DNA of 64,000 nt from Mobula hypostoma (lineage: Eukaryota): positions 156,800,001 to 156,864,000 of the forward strand of contig NC_086097.1 in the NCBI RefSeq assembly GCF_963921235.1, read 5' to 3'. The notes below the pieces were generated by a model. That model had not been told where the DNA came from. It saw only the letters and a program-made list of their open reading frames with translations, and did no database searches. The position numbers and the translations under genes are program-made. Below are positions 14,018-27,639 of this stretch, in pieces (within the stretch, counting starts at the first letter, position 1; each line of letters opens with the position of its first letter).

Positions 14018-16005
14018 AGAACATAAAACATAAAACATAGAACATGGAAATTTACAACACAATATAGGCCCTTCAGCCCAAAATGTTGTGCGGACCATGA
14101 AGCCTATTCTAGAAACTGCCTAGAATTTGCCTAGCGTATAGCCCTTTATTTTTCTAAGCTCCATGTACCTATCTAAGAGGCTCTTAAAAGACCCTGTTGT
14201 ATCCATTTCTACCACCGCTGGCAGTGCATTCCACGCGCCCACCACTCTGTGGTGAAAAACTTACCCCTGACATCTACTCGGTACCTATTTCCAAGCAGCT
14301 TAAAACTATGCCCCTTCATGATAGCCATTTCACCCATGGGAAAAAAGCTTCTGGCTATCCACACGATCAATGCCCCTCATCATCTTATACACCTCTATCA
14401 AGTCACCTCTCATCCTCCATCGCTCCAAGGAGAAAAGGCCAAGTTTACTCAACCTATTCTCATAAGGTACAGTCTCCAATCCTGGCAACATCCTTGTAAA
14501 TCTCCTCTGCACTCTCTCTATAGTATCCACTTCCTTCTGTAGTGAGATGACCGGAACTGAACACTGTACACCAAGCAGAATCTGACTAAGGTCTTATTTA
14601 GCTGTAACATAACCTCATGGTTCTTGAACTCAATACCATGGTTGATGAGTGCCAATACACTATATGCCTTCTTAACAACACTGTCAACCTGCTCAGCAGC
14701 TTTGAGTGTCCTATGGACACAGACCCCAAGATCTCTCAGATCCTCCACACTGCCAAGAGCCTTACCATTAATATTATATTCTGTATTCAAATTTGACCTA
14801 CCAAAATGAACCACTTCATACTTACCTAGGTTAAAGTCCATCTGCCACTTCTCAGACCTGATCTGCATCCTATCGATGTCCCACTGTAACCTCTGAAAGT
14901 CCTCCACACTATCCACAACACCCCCAACCTTTGTGGCATCTGCAAACCTACTAACCCAACCTTCTACTTCTTCATCCAGGTCATTTATCAAAATCACAAA
15001 GAGTAGGGGTCCCAGAACAGGTCCCTGAGGAACACCTGTAGTCACCGACCTCCATGCAGAATACGAACCATCTACAACCACCCTTTGCCTGCTGTGGGCA
15101 AGCCAATTTTGGATCTCCAAAGCAAGGTCTCCTTGGATGCCATGCCTCCTTACTTTCTGAAGGAGCCTCTGATGTAGGACCTTATCAAATGCCTTACTGA
15201 AAACCACATACACTACATCCACTGCTCTACCTTCATCAATGTGTTTTTTTACTTCCTCAAAGAATTCAATCAGGCTTGTAAGGCACGACCTACCCTTGAC
15301 AGAGCCATGCTGACTATCCCTAATCAGATTATTTCTCTCCAAATGCACATGAGTCCTGCCTCTCAGGATCTCCTCCAACAACTTGGCCACCACTGAAGTC
15401 AGACTTACTGGTCTATAATTTCCTGGATTATTTCTACTCCCTTTCTTGAACAAGGGAACAACATTTGCAACCCTTCAATCCTCCAGTACTTCTCCCATCC
15501 CTATTGATTACACAAAGATCATTGCCAGAGGCTCAGCAATCTCCTCCCTCACTTCCCACAGTAGGCTAGGGTATATCTCATCAGGTCCCAGTGACTTATC
15601 TAACTTAATGCTTTTCAAAAGCTCCAGCACATCCTCTTTCTTAATGTCTACATGGTCAAGTGTTTCAGTCCACTCTAAGTCATCCCCACAATTGCCAAGG
15701 TCTTTTCCCCTGGTGAATACTGAAGCAAAGTATTCATTATGTACTACACTACTTCCTCTGACTCCATATACACGTTTCCACTATTGAACTTGATTGGTCA
15801 TATTCTCACATGGCTCATCCTCTTGCTCTTCACATACTTGTCAAATGCCACAGGGTTTTCTTTAATACTGCTCACCAAGGCCTCCTCATAACCCCTTCTG
15901 GCTCTCCTAATTCCATTCTTAAGCTCTTTCCTCGCAATTTTGTAATTTTTAGAGCTCTAACAGTACCTAATTTCTTGAACCTTTTGTAAGCTTTTCTTTT
16001 ATTTG
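14018..16005 (-). mobile_element. CR1 LINE, ~2 kb 5'-truncated, RT domain with frameshifts
   Basis: ORF 14518-15453 has FKKGSRNNPGNYRPVSLTSV, QHGSVKGRSCLTSL, FSKAFDKV, GVPQGPVLGPLLFVILINDL and FADATK. (TTCTATGT)-like tail at 14018-14050. Confidence 0.95.
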
Positions 16006-16219
16006 TAACTATCTCTCATCAAAGCTAAGGGCAGTTCCTATGCATTATGCAATAAAATCAAGATCGGTGGCAGAAATTGACTTTTTTAGGGAGAAGGCAA
16101 TTGAACCTGCTAAATGCACTGAATGGCAGCATCTATTGGGTCAGTGTTAAAGCACAATGGGTCGATTGTAATTACTGGAGATTACAAACTGGCCTTCTTG
16201 CTGAATATGCAAACATGGA

Positions 16220-17252
16220 TCTAGTCAAGATGGCACCAGCAAGAAATGATTCCTTGGGCGACGTCTCTCAGATAGCCAATCTCTTCAATTATTTCACTTT
16301 CTCTGTGTCTTCTCCTTGTTCTTTTAGTCTTGATTGTGTTACGGAAACTCTTGGAGCCTGCTACGTGCAGTTCAGAATTCGACTCAATGATCTAGGTATT
16401 GTGCAGTGTCCAGAGAGGGCCGAGAGCACGAGCACGAACTGTCTTATGGAGAAGAACAGAGACGCGGTCCAGAGGAAAACCGAGAACATGAGCCCCCTCG
16501 GGGAAAAGTCCAGAGACGGATTGTGCGGTCATGAATGACTTAATTTCAAAGCATTAAGAAAGATGGAAGCATCAAGGCAAATGTGGAGTAGTCAGCAGTC
16601 ACTCTTAGTTGAGGCCATGGATATGACGGTTAAGGTACGAACACATGTGGCCACTCTCCTCGAATGCTAACAGGAGGATGTTTTCAATATTCTGAGATTT
16701 ATGAGATAATTGGAATGTACTTTCTATTGGTCTCCTTCAGTTTTTGGTGTTTTCTTTCTTGTTGCTGATTGGAGGGTGGGCAATATGTTACTTTTTGTGA
16801 GAGGAAGGAGTTAGGTACTTGGGGTCTGAAGTTCTTGCTGGTGTTTTACTGCGTGAGTGTTGGTGTTTTCCTGTTAATTTTTTTGTGTGTGAGAGAGGGG
16901 TTGGGGCTTTAGATGCTATTGTTACTGTTCATTTCTGCTAGGGAAGGGGTTTGGAGTTGATATTATATTTGCTTTTTTTGTGAGGGAGAGTTTGGGGGTT
17001 TGGGATATAATGTTCCAGCTGTCGTTTTCCATGTGAGTGATCTGTTTGTTTTTTTTGTGTGGGGGGTGGGGAGTGGATTTTGGGGTTTGAGAGTTTTGTT
17101 TCTTTACCGTTTTGTGCCAGGAGGGGGGTAGTTGATTTTTCTTTCAACAGCTCCATGGAATTTCTGCATTTTATTCCTATCTAGAGAAGATGAATATCAG
17201 AGTTGTATTATACATGCATTCATTGACAATAAAATTAACTTTTGAACCTTTG
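16220..17252 (+). mobile_element. Non-autonomous retroposon with Rex1/Babar-like 3' tail
   Basis: Starts tcaagatggcacc; T/G-rich 3' half; ends gaagatgaatatcagagttgta...gacaataaaattaacttttgaacctttg, like the Rex1 3' ends at 50250-50315 and 61500-61570. Confidence 0.55.
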
Positions 17253-17621
17253 GGTGAAAATCTTCAAAGTGGTTTCAGTTTCAAGCCCTTCATGTCATGC
17301 TCTTTCATGCAATGCTGCATTAGGTGCATAGAGGAGCCTGAAGGACAATGGGCAACTTTATGCAACTTGAGCTGTCCTCAATTTTCTTTAATGGTGTACT
17401 TTTCATTGAAACTGAATTACATGCCAATGACAAGGCAAAACGTCCCTTTCCTTGTAATTCTATTAATCTTTACCAGAATAACAAGTATTGTAGAAGACTA
17501 AGAGTGGAAGTGATTTACAATAGCAACTGACATGAAATGCAAGGTTATCTTGTGACTGAATGGTGATGTTTAGCAAAGCAGACAACAGCTATTTTTGAGT
17601 CTCCTTGTTGTGCATTGTACT

Positions 17622-17772
17622 CACAGACACAAGAGAGACTGCAGATGTTGGAAATCTTGAGCAACACACAAAAAATGCTGGAGGATCTCAGATGTGAGGC
17701 AGCTTTACGGGGAAAGTAAGCAGATGTGGACTAACCTGTTGAGTTCCTCCAGCATTTTGTAAGTGTTGCTGT
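17622..17772. mobile_element. Penelope-derived fold-back mini-insertion
   Basis: gcaacacacaaaaaatgctggagga ... ttcctccagcattttgtaagtgttgc inverted arms. Confidence 0.7.
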
Positions 17773-18404
17773 ATATTGTGCTTTCATTTTACTGAACGTG
17801 TAATGCTTCTTTGTTATAAGATTAGGATATGTGAAGGGAGAAGTGGTTAGGTTACCAGAACAGCAGCTAGAGGTTCAAACATGAGAAAGAGTCTCACAAC
17901 GACAACTGGCAAATGTAAATTAAATATGGAATTACAGATAAAATTCTCATTAGAGTACCATTGCAGTGGTGGTAATGACACTACTGAAGCCTGGATGTTC
18001 TGGAGTTCTTAGTTCAATTCCAGCACCAAAATTATTTGTACGCTCTCTGTATTTGTTTCTTCTGTGTGCTCTGGTTTCCTCCCAAAATCCAAAGAAGTAC
18101 CAGTTAGTAGGTTATTTGGTCATTGTAAATTGTCCTATTATTAGGCTAATCCTAAATAGATAGGTTAATAGGTGGTGCGGTCTTGTTGGACTGGAAGGGC
18201 CTTTTTCTTGCTGAATCTCGAAATAAAATAAATATCAGTAAAAATAATCAAAAACAAAACTATTAGATTATCATTAAAGTACAATTGGTTCACAAATGTT
18301 CTTTGAGGGACCTGGTTGGGAAATCTGCCATTCTTACAATGACTGGCCCCATGTGTGACTTCATATCCATCAATATTGTGGCTTCTTAACTGTGTCTCTA
18401 TTTT

Positions 18405-19800
18405 AAGACCATAAGATATAGGAACAGAATTAGACCATTTGGCCCATCGAGTCTGCTGTACCACTTCATCATGGCGAATCCAATTTTCCCTCTCAGCCCC
18501 AATCTCCTGCCTTCCCCCCATATTCCTTCATGCCTTGACCAATCAAGAATCTATCAACCCCTGCCTTAAATATACATAAAGACCTGGTCTCCACAGTTGC
18601 CTGTGGTAAAGAATTCCACAAATTCACCACTTTCTGTCTAAAGAAGTTCCTCCTCATTTCCATTCTAAAACAATATCCCTCTATTCTGAGGCTGTGTTGT
18701 CTGGTCTTATACTCTCCACCATAGAAAACATCTTCTCCATATCCACCCTATCAAGGTCTTTCACCATTTGTTATGTTTCAATGAGGTCATCCCTCATTCT
18801 TCTGAATTCTAGTGAATACAGGCCCAGAGCCTTCAAATATTCTTCGAATGATGCCATTCAATCCTGGAATCATTTTTGTAAACATCATTTGAACCCTTTC
18901 CAGTCTCAGCACATCCCTTTGAAGATAAGGGGCCCACAACTGCTCACTATATTGCAAGTGAGGCCTCACCAGTACTTCATAAAGTCTCAACACTACATCC
19001 TTGCTTTTATATTCTAGTCCTCTTGAAATGAATGCTAACATTGCATTTGACATTCTCACCACAAACTCAATCTGCAAATAAACCTTCAGGGAATCCTGCA
19101 CAAGGACTCTCAAATCCCTTTGTGCCTCAATCTATCTGCCCCTCCATCTATCTTTATATCGGCTGCCAGCTTTGCAACAAAGCCATCAATTCTATCATTC
19201 AAATCATTAATATATAACGTAAATAGTATTTGTCCCAACACAGACCCCTGTGAAACACCACTAGTCTCTGGCAGTCAACCAGTGAAGGCTCCCTTTATTC
19301 CCACACTCAGCCATTGCTTTACCTATGCTATCAGAATTGAACTGGAAATGAATACCAATGAAACGATCCACTTGACCCAAAACAGGAGTGTGTGGGCCAT
19401 GACAGTCAAAGCTCAAATTGGGCATGGCACCTGATGATGATAATGATGAACCATGCTAGAATCTTCCTTGCAATGCCATGGGTTTGTACCTTGTTAAGGA
19501 GCATCATGTGTGGCACCTTGTCAAAGACCTTCTGAAAATCCAAGTATACAACATCAGTAGATCCTCCTTTGTCTATCCTGCTTGTTATTTCTTCAAAGAA
19601 TTCCAACAGATTAGTCAGGCAAGATTTTCCTTTCAGGAAACCATGATGACTACGGCCCATTTTATCATGTGCTGTCAAGTATGCTGAGTTTCGGGGTCTG
19701 TATACAAGTCCCATCAGTGTCTTCTAACCCTTGCAATTCCTTAGCACTATCCACAATGATTCAACACCTTCTGACCCAATGTCACCTCTTTCTAATGACT
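18405..19800 (-). mobile_element. CR1 LINE fragments with internal deletions
   Basis: HGFLKGKSCLTNLLEFFEEIT, DVVYLDFQKVFDKVPH and LYEVLVRPHLQYSEQLWAPY; 3' tail at ~18405-18420. Confidence 0.9.
19331..19448 (+). mobile_element. Short 3' end of an RTE-clade LINE with (TGA)n tail, nested in CR1
   Basis: Encodes IHLTQNRSVWAMTVKAQIGHGT-stop, then tgatgatgataatgatga. The reverse-complement copy is at 60680-60803. Confidence 0.65.
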
Positions 19801-20239
19801 TGATTTCATTTTAGGAGTATTTGTGGCTGGACAATAATTGTTGCGTTTGTGAACACTTTGCATACCGTGAATTAATTAGAAAAGGTTATTTTCCCTGAAA
19901 GTTACAGTATAGATAAGGCTATTCTACCCATCGAAATCAATGCCTGTTTCCTGTCATTTTGCTCCTGACAAAGAAGGGATTTTCTTTAAGTTTTTCCAGT
20001 GATTTTTTTTATTTCCGCGCACCATTCAACATTCTGGCAAATCTTAGCAGTATTTTCATATAGTATAGAGGACAGTGCATGACAGTCTAACTGTGGTCTT
20101 ATTAAAGTATTATGGTGTTTCATCATTATCTCATGGTTTTAATGGTCTACACCCTCTGAGATAAATCTGAGAATTCCATTGTAATCTTCATGGGTTTATT
20201 TCAGTGATTCCTTATTCTGGTGCTTATTGTCACAGACAG

Positions 20240-20785
20240 TTTATAGCATTAGAAGAACATAGATATAGAACTCAACGTCTGCTGACCACGATGCCTACTT
20301 CAACTAATCTGAACTATCTACTCACTTCATAGTCTATACTCTTCCATTCCTTGCTTGTACATGTACATGCTTAAATGCCTTTTAAATTTTGCCAGCATAA
20401 TTACCTCAGCCACTTCCCCGACACACTCTGGACTCTTACCACCCATTATCTAAAAATACTTGCACTATTGATCTCCTTAAAATATTCCCCATCTCACCTC
20501 CAAGCTACGTTCTTTTGTATTTGACGTTTTCATCCTGGGAAAATACCATCTACTCTCTCTGTGCCAGTCATAATTTGATATGCTTCTATCAGGTTATTTT
20601 TCTACTTCAGACACTCCAGAAAAAAAAATCCACGTTTACAGAACCTCTACAAATAGCTAAGTACTCTCCAATCTAGACAATATGCTGATAAAACCCTCTA
20701 AACCCCCACATGCTCACAATATTCCAGATGTGGTATAATGAAAGTTTTATTTAGCAGCAGCAAAACTTCTAACATTTATAGTCAG
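20240..20785 (-). mobile_element. Old CR1 3' fragment
   Basis: Degenerate match to the CR1 3' region seen at 14030-14560 (ctctccaatctagacaatatgctg; agaacatagatatagaac tail). Confidence 0.6.
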
Positions 20786-21569
20786 TAGGTCAGGTAGCAT
20801 CTATAGAGGCAAAAGGATTGTCAGCATTTCAGGTGGAGATTGAGAGTGGAGAAACAGGACAGCCGGAATAAGGAGGTGAGAGGGAGACATGAGGCAGGAG
20901 CTGGCAGTTATTAGGTGGAACAATATGAGGAGAGGGATGATGGAACCAGAGGGATGAGGAGGGTGGTTGAATTGGAAGATTATGGCTTGTAGTGATAGGT
21001 AGAGACAGATGAGGAGAGTTAACAAAAATAAGAAGAGCGGATGGAACAACAGTTTTTTTTTGAGGAGGTGCAGAGAATTGGGGTTAAGATGGGAATAAAG
21101 GCTGGAAACTGCTGTGGAGCCACAAGGGGATGCAAATGCTGGAATCATAAATAAGGAAGGTGGCAAATGGAACCAAGAAAGTGATGGATGAATGGAAGAT
21201 AGTGCCAACTGGTGGAAAGGTTTAGAAACCCAGTATGTTGAGTGCTTGGGTGATAGCAGATGGAATCAAGCGGACGATGGGAATCAACCTGGGTGACGGA
21301 GTTGGGACAGGCAACGTATGGAGAGGGTGGGAGAACTTGTGTGGATCAAAAGAAAGAAAGTAACACAAGGATTGAGGGATACCCGAAAACATCCTATGCC
21401 CTAATATCCTATAGCATGTTGGAACTAGATGGCATCAGTGGGTGACTTCTCCCAGCTCATCAGTGAAACAATTAAATTCTTCCTATTCTAATGTCTCTAT
21501 TTTCCTGGTGGGGGATGGAAGGCCTCAATGCTCTCTCCGTTTCTTTCTGGACACCAGACCCAACTAGTT

Positions 21570-22775
21570 CCCCTCCACCACCACTCTCATCCATCTAGCG
21601 GAACTTGTCCTCACTCTTAATAATTTATCCTTTGGCTCCTCCCACTTCCTCTGAACAAAAGGTGTAACCATAGGGAGTCACATGGGTCCCAGCTATGCCT
21701 GCCTTTTTGTCAGCTATGTGGAACAGTCTATGTTCCAAACCTACACTGGTGTCACTCCCTCACTTTTCCTCGTTACATCAACAACTGCATTGGTGCTACT
21801 TCATCAACTTTGCCTCCAACTTCCACCCTGCCCTCAAATTCACCTGGTCCATTTCTGATACTTCCCTTCCCTTTCTTGATCTCACTGTCTCTATTTCTGT
21901 AGACAGCTTATCTACTGATATCTATTATAAACCCACGGACTCTCACAGCTACCTGAACTATACCTCTTCCCACCCTATTACATGTAAAAGCAGCCTTCCC
22001 TTCTCTCACTTCCTCCACCTCCACTGCATCTGCTCTGAGGATGAGGTTTTCATTCCTGAATGATGGAGATGTTCTCCCTTTTCAAAGAAACTGGGTTCCC
22101 TTCCTCCACCATCAACATTGCCTTCAACTACATCTCTTCCATTTCACATATGTCTGCTCTCACCCCATCTTACCGCCACCCTACCAGGGATAGGGTTCCT
22201 CTTGTCCTCATCTACCATGCCACCAACCTCTGTGTCCAGCACATAATTCTCCGGAACTTCCGCCTTCTCCAACGGGATCCCACCAAGAAACGCATCATTC
22301 CCTCCCCCCCACTTTCTGCTTTCCACAGGGAATGCATCCTATGTGACTCCCTTGTCCATTTGTCCCTTCCCATTGATCTCCTTCCTGGCACTTACCCTTG
22401 CAAGCAGAACAAATGCTACACTTGCCTCTACACCTCCTCCTTCATTACCTTTCAGGGCTCCAAACAGTCTTTCCAGGAGAGGCAACACTTTACATATGAG
22501 TCTGTTGGGGTCATATACTGTGTCCCCTGCTCCAAGTGTGGCCTCCTGTATATTGGTGAGACCCAGTGTAGATTGGGAGACTGCTTTGCTGAGCACCTAC
22601 ACTCCACCTGCCAGAAGAAGTGGGATCTCCCAGTAGCCACGCACTTTAATTCCACTTCCCATTCATATTCCAATATGTCAACCCTTGGCCTCCTCTATTG
22701 TAGCGATGAAGGCATACTCAGGTCGAAGGAACAACACCTTATATTCCATCTAGGTAGCCTCCAAACAGATGACAG
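21570..22775 (+). mobile_element. Penelope-like element, RT C-terminus plus GIY-YIG endonuclease (pseudogene)
   Basis: TKGVTIGSHMGPSYA, FHPALKFTWSISDTSLPFLDLTV, TDIYYKPTDSHSYLNYTSSHP, then VIYCVPCSKCGLLYIGETQCRL..F.EHL (GIY-YIG with Cys insert). Confidence 0.92.
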
Positions 22776-22779
22776 ATGA

Positions 22780-23720
22780 CTAAGGCCACAGCCTGGTACA
22801 GATCAGATGGAAAATTGGGCAGAGTGATGTGGAGTTTAATCCCAACAAGTGTGAAGTGATACATTTTAGGAATTCAGGTAGGGGTATGATGTATTTAGAA
22901 AATGGAGGGCCACTAAGGAAATTTGATGAACAAAGCATCTTGGAGTTCAAGTTCACAAACATGAGGAAATCTGCAGATGCTGGAATTTCAAGCAACACAC
23001 ATAAAAGTTGCTGGTGAACGCAGCAGGCCAGGCAGCATCTATTGGAAGAGGTACAGTTGACGTTTCGGGCTGAGACTCCAGAACATGCTGCCTGTCCTGC
23101 TGCATTCACCAGCAACATTTACGTGTGTTGCTTGGAGTTCAAGTTCATAGTTTCCTGATAGTGTTAACACATGTGTACAAGGAAATAGTATATGATATGC
23201 TTTCTTCAATAAGCAGGGTATAGAATATAAAAGTTGGGATTTTATGTTGCATCTTTACATAAGACTAGTTAGACCTCCCTTGGAGTATTCTATGCAGTCT
23301 TAGTCACCAAACCATAGGAAGGATTGTACTGGAAAGGGTAGGGAGAAGATTCACGGATATGGTTTGGGTTGGAGGACTTAAATGATGGAAAGAGATTAGA
23401 CAGGCTGGTTTTGTTTTCCTTGGAATGTAAAATGCTGAGCAGTGCTTATGGTGTATAATGTTGTAAGAATAGATAGTATAAGTAAAACCTTTTTTTCCCC
23501 ATCTTAAGGGTATCAAAAACAGGATAGCATGGGTTTAAAGTGGAAGAGAGAAGTTTTAAAAGTGATTTGAGGGTAAATTGTTTTACACAGATTGTGGTTG
23601 ATATCTGTAACACTCTGTCAGAGGAGGTTGTAATGTCAGAGGAAGGCTTGAAACATAGCACTTAATTAAACAAGGCATAGAAGGTTATAGATGAAATGTG
23701 ATTTGCCTACATTATGTGGG
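22780..23720 (+). mobile_element. Old CR1 3' portion interrupted by a Penelope mini-insertion
   Basis: EFNPNKCEVIHFRNS, followed by degenerate CR1 3' coding and UTR sequence. Confidence 0.75.
22956..23130. mobile_element. Penelope-derived fold-back mini-insertion with 17-bp TSD
   Basis: CTTGGAGTTCAAGTTCA at 22939-22955 and 23131-23147. Inverted arms gcaacacacataaaagttgctggtgaacgcagcaggccaggcagcat / atgctgcctgtcctgctgcattcaccagcaacatttacgtgtgttgc. Confidence 0.9.
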
Positions 23721-23729
23721 CAAATCTTA

Positions 23730-24290
23730 TTGAAATATTGTAAGCAGTTTTGGGCCCCTTGTCTGAGAAAGGATGTGCTGACATTGGAGAGGGTTCAAAG
23801 GAGGGTCACAAAGTTATTGTGCAATTGAAAGGCTTGTCATATGGGGAGTGTTTGATGCCTCTGCCCTCTACTCATTGGAATTCAGAAGAACAAGGGGTGA
23901 TCTCATTGAAATCTATTGAATGTTGAAAGGCCTTGATAGGGTGGATATGGAGAGGATATTTCCTATGGTGGGGAAGTCTAAGACCAGAGGATACAGCCTC
24001 AGAATAGAGGGACATCCTTTTAGGTCAAAGATGAGGAGCAATTTCTTTAGCCAGAGAGTGGTGAATCTGTGGAGTTTGTTGCCATAGGCGGCTGTGGAGG
24101 CCAAGTCACTGGGTATATTTGAGGCAGAGGTTAATAGATTCTTAATAAGTCATGGCATGAAGGGATACAAGGAGAATGCAGGAGATTGGGGCTGAGAGGG
24201 AAAATGGATCAGCCATGATGAAATAGTGGAGATGATTCAATGGGCCAAATGGCCTAATTCTGCTCCTATATCTTATGGTTTTATGGAGAT
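23730..24290 (+). mobile_element. CR1 LINE 3' end
   Basis: gagagggttcaaaggagg...ttctttagccagagagtggtgaatctgtgg...ggcctaattctgctcctatatcttatggttttatgg tail. Confidence 0.85.
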
Positions 24291-25050
24291 TTGTGCAGAT
24301 GGAAAATAAGGATAGGCATGGATGTGGTGATGGAAGAGTCTGTTTCTTAGTTAAAAATTAAAGAGATTAAATATTAAAGATTGGCTTTTGTTTGTCACAT
24401 GTATATTAAAACATTGAAATATGGTGTGAAATGTGTCATTTGTATCAATGACCAACACAGTCCAAGGATTGTGCTGAGGGTTGCCTGCAAATGTCTCTAA
24501 GCTTCTAGTGCCAACATAGCATACTTGAAACTCACTAACGGTAACTCCAAGTGAATGAGGGAGGAAACCCACACAATCACAGGGAGAGTGTAGAATGTCC
24601 TTACAGACAGTGACGGGCATTCAACTCCAACCGGTTATTGCTGGCGCTGTAAAAATGTTGCTAACTGCTGTGCTTTTGTGCTGACTCTATGACTAATAAA
24701 AATTCACAAGCCAGTATAAGTAGTAGTATTTGTAAATCAGAAAAGTACTAAGTGCTTATAGGGCTCATTATTGATAAATATATTGCAAAGGAAAATAGGT
24801 CATATTAAATTCATGCTGAACACAAATTGGACAAACTTCTGCTCTCTATATAAGGGAAAATGGATAAAGAAACCGTGAAGAAGGTAACAAGATGATTTTC
24901 AAGGATTAAATGTACAGATAAATGTATGAATTTGATTAACATCACTAACCATTTACATCTTCTTTGTAGATAAGAACATGCAAAAATCAGGATTAAATAT
25001 AATAGTCATAGAATGATTAAATTGTTGATTCATTAATATATAATTTATTA

Positions 25051-25145
25051 GGATTAGGAGGGAAGTAGATCAGCCATGATGAAATGGTGGAGCAGACTCG
25101 ATGACTCGATTCGCCTAATTCTGCCACTATGTCTGATGGTCTTAA
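25051..25145 (+). mobile_element. 95-bp CR1 3'-terminal insertion with TSD
   Basis: gatcagccatgatgaaatggtggagcagactcgat...gcctaattctgcc, flanked by ATAATTTATTA (25040-25050 / 25146-25156). Confidence 0.75.
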
Positions 25146-25749
25146 ATAATTTATTAACAGTTTATATTCTAAGTACACAATAGCCTTATTTCTATATAAC
25201 CTAGGGCTTGCTATCTGTAAGGATGTTGGGAATCAGAACTTTAAAATGAAATTGGTTTGACACAATAGAAAATAAGTTACATATCTATATGGAAAGAACT
25301 GGAGAATGAGATTGATGAGATAGTTCTCACTGGAATTGATGCAGGCCTGGAAAAAGAAACAAATGACATTTTTCTGGGTTGCAATTATCCCATGAGTCGA
25401 ATCCAGAATATTGGCTTCTGCAGAGATATATTACTCATAAAATATCTCTTTGGACCATAATTGATATGTATCAATGAATAATAATCTAGCGAGACATCGG
25501 AAGGCATGATCCAAGTCCTTTGCAATATCCTGTACAACTCGACGGTTTTCATTGACCCTCTTGTATTACATTAAGATTTCATGAGCCATGACTGGATAGT
25601 ATCCTTTTGTTTCCTTGGAGATAGGGTTTCAAAATGTCTTTTTTTTAAATAACTCAAGTGCAAAGAATTCTCTTTAAAGCAAAGAAAAAACTCTAGTCTA
25701 ATCTTGTGGGAAATGATGGTAAAACTGCCAGCTGTCATGAATAATCTTA

Positions 25750-25930
25750 TCTTCCTCTCTCACCTGGTTTCATCTATCTCTTGCCAGTTTGTATTCCTTC
25801 CCCTTCTCCATTTTCTTAGTCTTACTTCTTACCCGCTTCTTTACAGCCCTGATGAAGGGACTTGGCCCAAAATGCCAACCGTTTATGCCTGACCTATTAA
25901 GATCCTCCAGCATTTTGTGTGTGTTTCAAA
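25750..25930 (+). mobile_element. Penelope-like 3' terminus with hammerhead core CTGATGA
   Basis: cagccCTGATGAagggacttggcccaaaatgcc (25844-25876), then cctccagcattttgtgtgtg. Confidence 0.7.
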
Positions 25931-27639
25931 AGTATAAAAATGTTTTGTTTATATTTTGAATTGTTTGTTATTTCAGCTTTAACTTCAGTTATACAATTAG
26001 AAGTTAATATTTACTTAGAGTACTGCATGAGACTAAATAAATTTATTAAGCTTTATTTCAACCAGTGAGAATTCTGTACATCATTGGTGGCACAGACAGC
26101 TCGGGTGGGACCAATTTAAACCAACACCTTACAGAGCACATTTAAAAAAAAAGTAATTTTCTCAGCAATAAGTGTTTAATTTTTGTTGGGAGCTTTCTTT
26201 GAAGTCACCAATATTTTCTGTTGCTTCATTACTAATCAGAACTTCAAATAGAAATGAAACCCATGAGATTGACGTCAAATGAGCAAATGGTGGCGATTTG
26301 GAAAGGGTAACTGGTGAAATGATTCCTTACCCAGTTTCACAGTTTTGGCTACTTCTTCTGTCCTTTCTCAGAATATTATCATCATTGGAAAATTTAGTAG
26401 CCTCTATTGATCAATAATTTTTACCATCAGCTACCTTTATGTAAGTGAGAAATTATAATATTGATCCCTGTAAGTTTGGAGTGATAGCATGAATATAAAT
26501 GTGGTGCCTTCTCAGATGACAGATAAAGAAAATCCTACTGAAAAAAATAGACTCTCTACCAGGTCACAATAGTTCTGAAAATAATATTGAATTATATGAT
26601 AATGCTGTATCTTGGGGGTAGCAGTATACAGCTACAGTATTTATTATGTAAATATCTATTCTATTGCAATAAGCTGCTGAAATGATTATAGGCTATCCTT
26701 GACTTTTCATGAAATGTATGAATTTTAATAACCTGACTATCAAGATGCATAAAGAAGCTAAGGCATATTTGCATTTTATAGCATCATTCACTTTGGCCAT
26801 TTTTGGCCACTAACAAGGCTATGATTTCAGCTTTTCTGTTCAATTGCAAAAAGCTGTTCATATCTATGAGTGCCTAATCTGAATCTTGACAGCCTGTCAA
26901 ACATTAGTATCTGTGGAGTTTTCAACTCCTATTTTAATCAGTCGAAATGGAATTTACTCATGTTGGACTTTTATATTCAATTGGCAACACTCCCAATTAT
27001 AACAATTAAAAATAGGCTTTTGTTGAGATTTATATTAGAACATTTGCAAGGAGCTTCATTCATGTCTCAGATGGCAAGGTCATTGTTTAATGCAGACTAG
27101 AGCTGATCCGAAGGGGAGGATTTCAGTTTTGTTCTCTGGACACTGTGGAATTACCTATTCATAGCCTGACAATCCTGCAATGATATAGAGTTTCGAAAGG
27201 GAACAAAAAAAAGTCAATGCAAGCCACCAGCCCTAATTACAGCAAGTAGCTGCGCATACAAATTGTCTAAAGGTAGCCATCAGTATAGGATAGTTTTAAC
27301 TGTAATACTCACGACTCTTGTTATGTCAGCATTTATATTGCAGTCTTTATAGGCAAGTAAATCAAGCAGAACAATTTTACTAATTTAAAATATTTTATTA
27401 GATAGATACCAGAAACAAAGCAGCATTGCATTATAACTTCTACTAAACAAAAGACTCATTACATCAGATATTATTGGATGCCTGAAATTGCAAATAATTT
27501 ATTGATTAGCAGTTACTTATCAGGTTAGATTTCAGATGCATTTGGAAATGAAAGATAATTCAGTCATAGCAGAATATCTTGGATGGAATACATCAGAAAG
27601 TGAGACCCAGAACTGCTGGAAACACTCAGCAATTTAGAA

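Noticed and set aside
20801..21208. 135-aa Leu/Pro/Ser-rich ORF (and similar at 36028-36474)
   Set aside because: Translation of a pyrimidine-rich Penelope UTR; a compositional artefact.
26343..26446. Possible plus-strand exon ending at gtaagt
   Set aside because: All frames contain stops from either candidate acceptor.
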